The notes under the pieces: model-generated
Seen by the model: the letters and a program-made list of their open reading frames with translations, nothing else
What the model was told of the DNA's origin: nothing
The model's database searches: none
Made by a program: the position numbers and the translations under genes
Assembly (NCBI GenBank): GCA_041744995.1
Contig: JBGTJT010000417.1
Coordinates: forward strand, 1-37,258
Direction: 5' to 3'
Source: Pirellulales bacterium
GTDB taxonomy: Bacteria; Planctomycetota; Planctomycetia; Pirellulales; UBA7805
DNA: 37,258 bases
Shown here: piece by piece, positions 8,845 to 15,489 of the stretch
How the letters are laid out: each line of letters opens with the position of its first letter
Position numbering within the stretch: position 1 is the stretch's first letter

Positions 8845-10110
8845 ATGACGCGTGAGATTCATGTTTTCGGTGATTGGCGAGAGCTGGGCGGCGCGCAGCG
8901 AATCGGACTATTGCGCGCCGATCGGGTTCATGGTGCGGAAACATTTTCATTTGAATATGACTCTACGTGGTTGGAAAGCGGCCACACGTTCCAGCTCGAT
9001 CCTGAGTTGCAGTTTTACGAGGGGCCTCAGTATACGGGTAACAAGCGGAACTCAAACTTTGGACTCTTCCTGGACTCAAGCCCCGACCGCTGGGGACGAA
9101 CGATCATGACACGTCGCGAGGCTATCCTCGCACGACAAGAGAATCGCGACCCGGGCATTCTCTATGAATCAGACTACTTGCTCGGTGTCCACGATCAGCA
9201 GCGGATGGGAGGATTGCGGTTTAAGGAAGAACAGGATGGCGAATTCTTGTCCAGTTATGATGGCCAGGATGCACCACCATGGGCGCGTCTTCGCGAGTTG
9301 GAGAACGCCGCCTGGCAAATCCAGACGCACGATCGCAATCATGATTCTGAGGTGAGAGAATGGATCCATCTCTTGATGGCGCCGGGTTCATCCATCGGCG
9401 GCGCTCGACCCAAGGCGGGTGTTTGCGATGAAGACGACAATCTATGGATCGCCAAATTCCCAGGCCGCAACGACGAGTTCGATGTCGGTGCGTGGGAAAT
9501 GGTGGCTTACCGGTTGGCTGTGAACGCCGGCTTGAATATCGCGGAGTCCCAGGCTGTTAAATTCGGCAGGCCCCACCACACTTTTATGACGAAGCGTTTC
9601 GACCGCGTTGTCGATAATCTGGAAACGAAACGCCTGCACTTTGCCTCAGCCATGACAATGCTCGGATACGCGGATGGAGCCAGCCATCACGAGGGGGCAA
9701 GTTATCTCGAGATCGTGGAATTCCTGATGCAACATGGCGCCGAAGTCGAAGTCGATTTGCACGAACTCTGGCGGCGGATTGTATTTTCGATATGTGTCAC
9801 GAACACCGACGACCATCTTCGCAATCACGGCTTCCTCCTGGAAAACGGCGGCTGGAAACTCTCGCCCGCGTTCGACCTGAACCCGAATCCGGACGGCGCC
9901 GGATTGCATCTGAATATCTCGGAAGCCGATAACGCGCTAAGTCTCGACTTGGCCCGTGGTGTTGCCGAATTATTTCGTTTAGGCGGGGCTGAGGCCGATA
10001 CTATCATTCAACAGGTGCTGGCGTCCGTCGCTCAGTGGAGCGATGAGGCTGATAAACTGGGGATTGCTCGCCACGAACAAGAGCAGATGAAACGGGCGTT
10101 TCGGATTTAG
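8845..10110 (+). CDS. hipA: Type II toxin HipA-family serine/threonine kinase
   Basis: HipA N-terminal coupling region (AETFSFEYDSTWL), GSSIGGARPK, and the catalytic loop NTDDHLRNHGFL. Confidence 0.9.
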   Translation: MTREIHVFGDWRELGGAQRIGLLRADRVHGAETFSFEYDSTWLESGHTFQLDPELQFYEGPQYTGNKRNSNFGLFLDSSPDRWGRTIMTRREAILARQENRDPGILYESDYLLGVHDQQRMGGLRFKEEQDGEFLSSYDGQDAPPWARLRELENAAWQIQTHDRNHDSEVREWIHLLMAPGSSIGGARPKAGVCDEDDNLWIAKFPGRNDEFDVGAWEMVAYRLAVNAGLNIAESQAVKFGRPHHTFMTKRFDRVVDNLETKRLHFASAMTMLGYADGASHHEGASYLEIVEFLMQHGAEVEVDLHELWRRIVFSICVTNTDDHLRNHGFLLENGGWKLSPAFDLNPNPDGAGLHLNISEADNALSLDLARGVAELFRLGGAEADTIIQQVLASVAQWSDEADKLGIARHEQEQMKRAFRI

Positions 10111-10324
10111 CTGGCCGCCTTCCATGAAGGGCTAATGCTACCGCAGAAGAACGAATACTGGTGCGACACCGCCCCAGCATGATCGACAACACAAGAAAGG
10201 TGTACAAGATCACCTTCGAGTCATAGCTTCTCCGCCCCCACGCCGCCCGCGCTGCTTGCTCGGGCCAGCACCGCTCCCTTACAATCCCCAATAGGCGGAG
10301 CCAACGCGCGGATCCGCGGCTGAA

Positions 10325-10386
10325 GTTCAACTGCGTTTTATCGCTCATCGCTCCGTGACGAGACGATAAAATGCTATTCGTTGCGA
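10325..10386 (+). other. attC-like imperfect palindrome (alternatively a hipBA terminator hairpin)
   Basis: GTTCAAC (10325-10331) fits RYYYAAC, and the distal end is GTTGCGA (10380-10386). Pairing is CAAC/GTTG (4 bp), then GCG/TGC, then a perfect 8-bp TTTTATCG/CGATAAAA, with an asymmetric 1/5-nt spacer. Confidence 0.45.
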
Positions 10387-10492
10387 TTACATCGTCACAT
10401 TCAATACACGCGACTTCCAAGACGTTGAAGCCTTCGGGGTGCAAGCTGTGCGGCCGGTCGAGTTTTTGCGAATCCTAGGTGAAATCCCATGA
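10370..10492 (+). pseudogene. PIN-domain toxin, C-terminal remnant only (about 40 codons)
   Basis: Translation is NAIRCDYIVTFNTRDFQDVEAFGVQAVRPVEFLRILGEIP*. The xDYIVTxNxRDF pattern followed by a (T/R)PxEFL tail is the usual PIN toxin C-terminus. An in-frame TAA sits at 10367 and no N-terminal PIN sequence lies upstream. The stop overlaps the next ATG (ATGA). Confidence 0.45.
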
Positions 10493-10728
10493 GCACAACC
10501 CTTAGTTTGCGACTACCGAACTCCATCCACAAGCAGCTCAAAGAGTATGCCGAGCAGGATGGCATTTCGATGAATCAATTCATCGCCACGGCGGTGGCCG
10601 AGAAACTGGCGTCGCTGGCGACAATCGAATATCTGGAGCAGCGCGCTCAGCGTGGCAGCAAAGAGAAATTCAACGCGCTGCTGGCCAATGCGCCGGACGT
10701 CGAGCCGGCGGAAGACGACAAGCTTTAA
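10489..10728 (+). CDS. Ribbon-helix-helix antitoxin (HicB-like/Arc-type)
   Basis: MSTTLSLRLPNSIHKQLKEYAEQDGISMNQFIATAVAEKLASL is a typical RHH antitoxin N-terminus. It overlaps the PIN remnant by 4 bp. Confidence 0.75.
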   Translation: MSTTLSLRLPNSIHKQLKEYAEQDGISMNQFIATAVAEKLASLATIEYLEQRAQRGSKEKFNALLANAPDVEPAEDDKL

Positions 10729-11083
10729 GCGACAATTCAATCATGCGATCCGGCCGACGACGAACAGCACTAAAGTTCGGGACGGAAAAGTCCAGCGGAA
10801 GAATCGTTCTGCTTTGACCCCGAACTACACGAACACGCCACAAGCCCGGCCGGCAGTGGATCGTCAGCGGCCGGGCGCCGGGTTTCGCCATCTCATCACC
10901 AAGAAGCAGCTCTACCAGTTTGATGCACATCTTCTTGCATGAACTAGGCCACCATCACGACCGCATGACGACCAAGTCGAAGCGTCGATCAAGTCGTGGA
11001 GAGGCATACGCTGAGCAATACGCAAATCGATATGCGAATCACATCTGGGATGCGTACTTCAGTTCATTCGGTTGGTGATCCCT

Positions 11084-11308
11084 ATGATCGGCCAGAAGTG
11101 GACCATCACGAAAGACGACATCTCCGACTGGACCTGGGAAGCCAAGACAATTTTCAACGACCCATATTCGATAACGATTCCCGATCCAGAGCACTCCGAT
11201 GAGGAGGAACGTTGGCTGGATATCGGCATATCCGCTGATGGCCGGCTGCTGGTGGTATGGTATACTGAACGTGGCGAGAAAATACGAATAATCGGCTTCT
11301 CGCGTTAG
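11084..11308 (+). CDS. brnT: BrnT-like (DUF497) toxin, shortened, with no BrnA partner
   Basis: FNDPYSITIPDPEHSDEEERWLDIGISADGRLLVVWYTERGEKIRIIG matches the DUF497 core (F-DP...D..HS..EER...G......L.VV.T.R...IRII). The 3' end runs into repeat A1. An alternative TTG start lies at 11072. Confidence 0.55.
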   Translation: MIGQKWTITKDDISDWTWEAKTIFNDPYSITIPDPEHSDEEERWLDIGISADGRLLVVWYTERGEKIRIIGFSR

Positions 11309-11310
11309 GT
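11264..11310 (+). other. Short attC-like hairpin at the BrnT-like 3' end
   Basis: ACTGAAC (11264-11270) ... GTTAGGT (11304-11310, fits GTTRRRY). Pairing is AACG/CGTT plus CGAGAA/TTCTCG with a 3-nt bulge (tgg). At 47 nt it is short for an attC. Confidence 0.35.
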
Positions 11311-11481
11311 TGAAACGCGTGGGCACTACTTGTGATTGTGACCGCGTTGATTTTCGTCGTTATTGACCGAATCGCATGCGCCCGATCGTTTTGGTATGCT
11401 AAACATCGCCGGCGGATGGAGCTGACCGAAAGCGCACCGGACAAAGGACAGGCCTCCGGCTCGGCAACTCATTCGCCAACC
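11293..11481 (+). repeat. Repeat family A, copy 1 (about 189 nt, noncoding)
   Basis: Aligns by hand to 14312-14501 with about 17 differences. It starts CGGCTTCTCG(C/T)GTTAGGTTGAAACGCGTGG and ends GCCAACC about 30 nt before the next start codon. Confidence 0.85.
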
Positions 11482-11510
11482 AAGTACCCGACTGAAATCT
11501 CATCCCGAAC

Positions 11511-11987
11511 ATGGACGAATCACCATACGCTTCACCGCGATACACCGCTGACTCATCCATGCCATCCGCAACGCGTCCGCTCGATACCCTGTGCTTCGTC
11601 ATTAATTTCGCGGTTGCCATCCTCTTCTTGATCGCGTGCGTTGTCTCGATTGGTGCCGCCGACAATTTCTTCGCCTTCATTGGCGGTTTGCTTTTTGTGC
11701 TCCCGGTTTGCTGCTACGCGATCGCCGAATGGGTATGCTGGTACCGAAAACGGCACTGGCTTTTTCGCCAACTCGGGATATTAAACCTACTGCTTGCCGG
11801 ATTCGTCGTGTTTGGACTTGTAACAAATGTCGGCGAGGCATTTATGGCCGACGAACCGATTGATCCCTGGTTCATCACAATATTTGGGAGTGGCTTCGCA
11901 TTCGTCGCGGGTTACCTTGTTTGGTGTGGATGGCGACGCTTTCACGCGATCCCCAGTGTACCCGACACGATCCAGAACGACGGGTAA
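11511..11987 (+). CDS. Small integral membrane protein (about 4 TM helices), unknown function
   Basis: Hydrophobic segments include LCFVINFAVAILFLIACVV, FIGGLLFVLPVCCYAIAEWV, ILNLLLAGFVVFGLV and FITIFGSGFAFVAGYLVW. Confidence 0.55.
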   Translation: MDESPYASPRYTADSSMPSATRPLDTLCFVINFAVAILFLIACVVSIGAADNFFAFIGGLLFVLPVCCYAIAEWVCWYRKRHWLFRQLGILNLLLAGFVVFGLVTNVGEAFMADEPIDPWFITIFGSGFAFVAGYLVWCGWRRFHAIPSVPDTIQNDG

Positions 11988-12224
11988 ATCGGGGAAGTGC
12001 GGTCAATCGCTGTCCGCGCTGCCCACAACATCTGGCATGCGCCGTCCGCACCAGGCGGTTCGACGTAGTGGAGCAAGCTCGGCGTAGAAAGATGTTGAAG
12101 TCTGCCGCTTTGACCCTTAAAATACGAATTGGATGATGCCGTCCTGCTCGAGCCAGTGTAGGGGCAGCGGCGGGGAGGCCGTGCTTGGTCTATGCGTTTG
12201 GGGATCTCTTCACGGGGACAAGAA

Positions 12225-12455
12225 ATGTCAACCGAAAGTATTTCTATTACCGTTGACGCCGATGCAGCTCGTACGTTCTGCCAAGCATCGCCCGATGCGC
12301 GTCGCAGAATAGAGTTTCTTCTCGGCCTGCGTTTGCGTGAACTGACCTCGAAAGATGCACGTTCTTTGCAGGTGATTATGGACGAGATCGGCACGGAGGC
12401 GGAGGCTAAGGGACTTACGCCCGATATGGTGGAGTCGATGCTACGTGACGACTGA
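12225..12455 (+). CDS. Putative antitoxin of a PIN-toxin pair
   Basis: The ATG at 12225 is preceded by GGGGA. The protein is small and acidic (MSTESISITVDADAARTF...GLTPDMVESMLRDD). Its stop overlaps the start of a PIN-like ORF. Confidence 0.5.
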   Translation: MSTESISITVDADAARTFCQASPDARRRIEFLLGLRLRELTSKDARSLQVIMDEIGTEAEAKGLTPDMVESMLRDD

Positions 12456-12588
12456 TTGGCGGACGGTCCTCGACACTGGCGTGGCAGTCAGCGCCATATT
12501 GCTCACGACACCCTATGATTCCGTTGAGCACATGCAGTCGGAAGTCCAGAGAGATATAAACGAGTGGACAGAGGTCGACGGCACCTAA
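12445..12588 (+). pseudogene. PIN-domain toxin, N-terminal remnant (47 codons)
   Basis: A GTG at 12445 overlaps the antitoxin stop. VTTDWRTVLDTGVAVSAILL resembles the PIN N-terminus (vvLDTNVlvSall). The ORF stops after 47 codons, with the TAA lying inside ACCTAAC of the next palindrome. Confidence 0.4.
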
Positions 12589-12645
12589 CCACCGGCTGCC
12601 GTTGACCGGCGACGCCCGCGAGTACAATGAGGCGGTCGGTTGGAC
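12583..12645 (+). other. attC-like imperfect palindrome
   Basis: ACCTAAC (12583-12589) fits RYYYAAC exactly and GTTGGAC (12639-12645) fits GTTRRRY exactly. Pairing is 12585-12590 with 12638-12643, then 12591-12594 with 12633-12636, with one bulged C at 12637. Confidence 0.45.
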
Positions 12646-12702
12646 GCCTGCTCCCGCGGGTGGCCGGCAACTGAGCCTTTTACGTTCTGCCAATAAGAAA
12701 CG

Positions 12703-13368
12703 ATGCCGTTCGCTGTGGAACATGATGGTTTCGCGATCGCTCAAGGCATTGTCGCCGAGACGGATCGTCGCCTCCTGCTCGATGCGTTGGGCGTCCCGCA
12801 AGGTGCTGGTGCGCGTGGGGTGCTCGCCGCTTCCGCTGTTCGGGCATTTGCGCGATCCGAAGCGATTGAGTCGCTTGTGTCAGCATATCTCGGTGGTCGC
12901 CCGATGCCGGTTCGGGCAATCTTCTTCGATAAATCATCGTCTTCGAATTGGCTCGTTCCATGGCATCAAGACCTGACTATCGCGGTAGCGAGCAAGTGCG
13001 AGGCGCCAGGATTTGGGCCGTGGAGCATGAAGGATGGGATTCCGCATGTCCAGCCGCCCGATGAATTGCTCAAGCAGATGATCGCGTTGCGGCTTCATCT
13101 CGATGATTGCGATGCGTCGAATGGAGCCCTGCGAGTAATCCCGGGGTCGCATAAATCCGGTCGGCTGAATCCCGATCAGATTTCCGCTGTGCGAGCATCA
13201 TCCGCAGAGGTGGTGTGCGAGGCTTCAGCGGGAGATGCTCTCCTCATGCGGCCGCTTCTCCTTCATGCGTCGAGTAAGTCCGTCAGTAATCGGCGAAGGC
13301 GGATCCTCCATATCGAGTATTGCTGCGGCGAGCTTCCCGCGGGCATGACGTGGCACGATGCGGCATAA
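12703..13368 (+). CDS. Phytanoyl-CoA dioxygenase (PhyH) family Fe(II)/2-oxoglutarate oxygenase
   Basis: WLVPWHQDLTIAV (the H-x-D iron ligands), GALRVIPGSHKSG and LLHASSKS are typical of the PhyH family. Confidence 0.8.
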   Translation: MPFAVEHDGFAIAQGIVAETDRRLLLDALGVPQGAGARGVLAASAVRAFARSEAIESLVSAYLGGRPMPVRAIFFDKSSSSNWLVPWHQDLTIAVASKCEAPGFGPWSMKDGIPHVQPPDELLKQMIALRLHLDDCDASNGALRVIPGSHKSGRLNPDQISAVRASSAEVVCEASAGDALLMRPLLLHASSKSVSNRRRRILHIEYCCGELPAGMTWHDAA

Positions 13369-13497
13369 TCAGGGCAGGCAGAATCTCGTTCGTCGCGTAC
13401 CAATGAGAGAGGCCGCTTGACGGTGACGGTCAACGAACGCGACAACGATTTGGACGAAGGGCGGTTGACCTTTGAATCGTCGCCTCGTTTATTAACT

Positions 13498-13878
13498 ATG
13501 TCGATGCGCCTCGGTCTGCTGAGTCATGTCCTCGCTCCCGCACTGCTTGTTCAGTTGAACCTTCGACTGGGCATATCCTCGTCGCAACTGTGCCAGATCG
13601 ACCATATTGAGAATGCTGGCTGCCCCGTTCTCGTTGCTGGCGGAGACCGCGACGCTCATACAACGTTTCTGGAGACTCAACGGCTCTTTCAGGCAGCATG
13701 GGAACCGAAGCAACTTGTTATCTTCGAGGGTGCGGCTCACAATGATTTGTTGACGTACGACCATGACAAGTATTGCGAGATCGTAGCGTTCCTCGATGCG
13801 CACTTGTCGATTAACGCAACCGAGAACAAACTCGTCCAGCAAGCCACAGAACAAGCGGATGAACGCGAACCGGAATAG
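13498..13878 (+). pseudogene. Alpha/beta-hydrolase C-terminal fragment
   Basis: CPVLVAGGDRDAHTT...LVIFEGAAHNDL carries the acid and His portion of the catalytic triad, but no GxSxG nucleophile region is present. The last 9 codons are supplied by repeat B1. A TTG at 13417 would extend the ORF. Confidence 0.5.
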
Positions 13879-13915
13879 GTCGGCTGGCTCGCATTGCTTG
13901 GCAACCTCAACTCCC
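13845..13915 (+). repeat. Repeat family B, copy 1 (attC-like, degenerate)
   Basis: Shares CACAGAACAAGCGGATGAACGCGA...AATAGG...CTGGCTCGC...GGCAAC...AACTCCC with 15328-15410. It folds through CAAGC/GCTTG, ATG/CAT and CGA/TCG. The distal GTT is replaced by CTT. Confidence 0.75.
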
Positions 13916-13946
13916 GGCCCCGTGATACGGGTCGTGCGATCTTGAT

Positions 13947-14327
13947 ATGGAGACCGACAGACCCAATATTCTGTTCGTTTGTGGCCGCAACCAGTGGCGC
14001 AGTCCCACGGCTGCGCGCTTGTACGCCAATGACCAAAGGATCAATGTTCGCTCCGTTGGCATGAGCCCAAGGAGTAACCGCCGGATCTCAAGCGCGGACA
14101 TCGAATGGGCAGATCTCGTTCTCGTTATGGAGCGCAAGTACAAGGCCAGGCTCCTCGGGACTTTTCGCGATCTTGATCTGCCAGTGATCGAATCGTTGGA
14201 GATTCCGGATACCTACCAGTACATGGATGAAGAACTGTTGCAACTCATCCGGGAAGGAACCGAGTTCTGTCTCCGTAGTAGGCTCGGGATCGAACCAACC
14301 GCTGGATCAGACGGCTTCTCGTGTTAG
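13947..14327 (+). CDS. Low-molecular-weight phosphatase-like protein (COG4551-type predicted protein tyrosine phosphatase)
   Basis: ILFVCGRNQWRSPTAA is a CX5R(S) P-loop. WADLVLVMERKYK and LEIPDTYQYMDEEL also fit this family. The last 4 codons lie in repeat A2. Confidence 0.7.
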   Translation: METDRPNILFVCGRNQWRSPTAARLYANDQRINVRSVGMSPRSNRRISSADIEWADLVLVMERKYKARLLGTFRDLDLPVIESLEIPDTYQYMDEELLQLIREGTEFCLRSRLGIEPTAGSDGFSC

Positions 14328-14501
14328 GTTGAAACGCGTGGGGCACTGCTCGTGCCTGGGACCGCGTTGATGTTCGTCGTTATTGACCGAATCGCACGCG
14401 CCCGATCGTTGTGGTATGCTAAACATCGCCGGCGGATGGAGCGGAGCGAAACCGCACCGGACAAAGGACGAGCCTCCGGCTCGGCAACTCATCTGCCAAC
14501 C
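14312..14501 (+). repeat. Repeat family A, copy 2 (about 190 nt, noncoding)
   Basis: See 11293-11481. It contains GTTAGGT at 14323-14329 and ends about 33 nt before the ATG at 14535. Confidence 0.85.
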
Positions 14502-14534
14502 TGTTCTGTGCCTCAACTGAAGCAGCCCCAAGAA

Positions 14535-15128
14535 ATGGAAAACTTGCTGGATGATTCACCGCGAATACTGATTGTCGCTGGCCCGAATGGATCGGGGAAG
14601 ACGACGCTTGCGCTCGAGTACTCGCGGGAATTTGGGCTTCCCTACGTGGGCGCCGACGCGATTGCTGCGACGCTGAATCCCGCCAATCCCATGGCTGCCC
14701 AAGTAGCTGCGGGCAGGCAGTTCCTACAAACGCTGGAAGAATACACGTCGCAGAAGACGTCCTGCGTCTGCGAATCGACTCTTTCCGGTTTGACGATGCG
14801 GAACTTCATCGCGTCGGCGACGAAGGCTGCGTATTCCATCGACATGGCGTTTCTGTTTGTAGATTCTGCAGACGCATGCGTTGCCCGAGTCGCCGAACGT
14901 GTCCGAAAGGGCGGCCACGACGTTCCGGAATCAGACATTAGACGCCGATTCAAGAGGTCGCTTCGCAACTTCTGGCGAATCTATCGTGAACTGGCCGATA
15001 ACTGGGTATTGGTTTATAATGGCTTGACAACGATGCAGGACGTCGCGAGCGGCTCCCGCGACCAAACCACGGTTCGGAATCAAGAACTCTACTCGGCCTA
15101 TTTGGCACTTGTTGGTGAAACACCATGA
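14535..15128 (+). CDS. Zeta-toxin-like / COG4185 P-loop ATPase
   Basis: Walker A ILIVAGPNGSGKTT. The downstream RVRKGGHDVPESDIRRRF segment is typical of zeta/PezT-like kinases. The ATG at 14535 was chosen because the upstream part of the ORF is repeat A. Confidence 0.75.
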   Translation: MENLLDDSPRILIVAGPNGSGKTTLALEYSREFGLPYVGADAIAATLNPANPMAAQVAAGRQFLQTLEEYTSQKTSCVCESTLSGLTMRNFIASATKAAYSIDMAFLFVDSADACVARVAERVRKGGHDVPESDIRRRFKRSLRNFWRIYRELADNWVLVYNGLTTMQDVASGSRDQTTVRNQELYSAYLALVGETP

Positions 15129-15361
15129 TTCGACCTCGATTGACTGCCGAAACTTATGCGACTATTGATGAGATTGTCCGCGTGGGAAATCGTGCCGTCG
15201 CCAAGGCCCAGGACGAAAGTAGGCGGCTGGGAGTTCCGAACGTCTACTCGATCAATGGCCGACTCTATTACGAGACATCCACCGGCGAACTCTCCACGAC
15301 AGACCCTTACGACAACGGTCCGCGCGTCACAGAACAAGCGGATGAACGCGAGGCGGAATAG
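15125..15361 (+). CDS. Small protein translationally coupled to the zeta-like ATPase (possible antitoxin)
   Basis: ATGA overlap with the ATPase stop. 78 aa. The last 9 codons (EQADEREAE) are supplied by repeat B2. Confidence 0.45.
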   Translation: MIRPRLTAETYATIDEIVRVGNRAVAKAQDESRRLGVPNVYSINGRLYYETSTGELSTTDPYDNGPRVTEQADEREAE

Positions 15362-15410
15362 GCCGGGCTGGCTCGCTCATCGTGTTCGGCAACATCCTCA
15401 CCGAACTCCC
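15328..15410 (+). repeat. Repeat family B, copy 2 (attC-like hairpin)
   Basis: ACAGAAC (15329-15335) ... GTTCGGC (15384-15390). Pairing is GAACA/TGTTC, GATGA/TCATC and GCGAG/CTCGC (5+5+5 bp) with bulges on the 5' arm. Confidence 0.75.
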
Positions 15411-15489
15411 ACCCGCGTTTGCACTTTCTAAAGGCACTACGGTTGAAGTCAATCTCGATGAAGTGTTGTCGGTTCGAAATCGCTAACCA

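Noticed and set aside
10004-10444. 146-aa minus-strand ORF between hipA and the RHH antitoxin
   Set aside because: It overlaps the hipA 3' end and the attC-like hairpin, has no motifs, and is on the opposite strand from every other unit in the block.
10845-10875. Perfect 8-bp GC hairpin CCCGGCCG...CGGCCGGG, considered as a terminator
   Set aside because: Only a weak TTT follows after several nt, so I cannot distinguish it from the many GC palindromes of this genome. It is left unannotated.
11304-11320. GTTAGGTTGAAACGCG resembles the start of some CRISPR repeats
   Set aside because: Only two copies occur, 3 kb apart, each embedded in a 190-nt repeat. There are no regularly spaced short repeats or spacers, so this is not a CRISPR array.
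11332-11631. 99-aa ORF, and the 14352-14534 extension of the zeta-like ORF, read through repeat A
   Set aside because: The two copies differ almost only by amino-acid-changing substitutions, and the downstream parts are unrelated. The repeat is better explained as noncoding.
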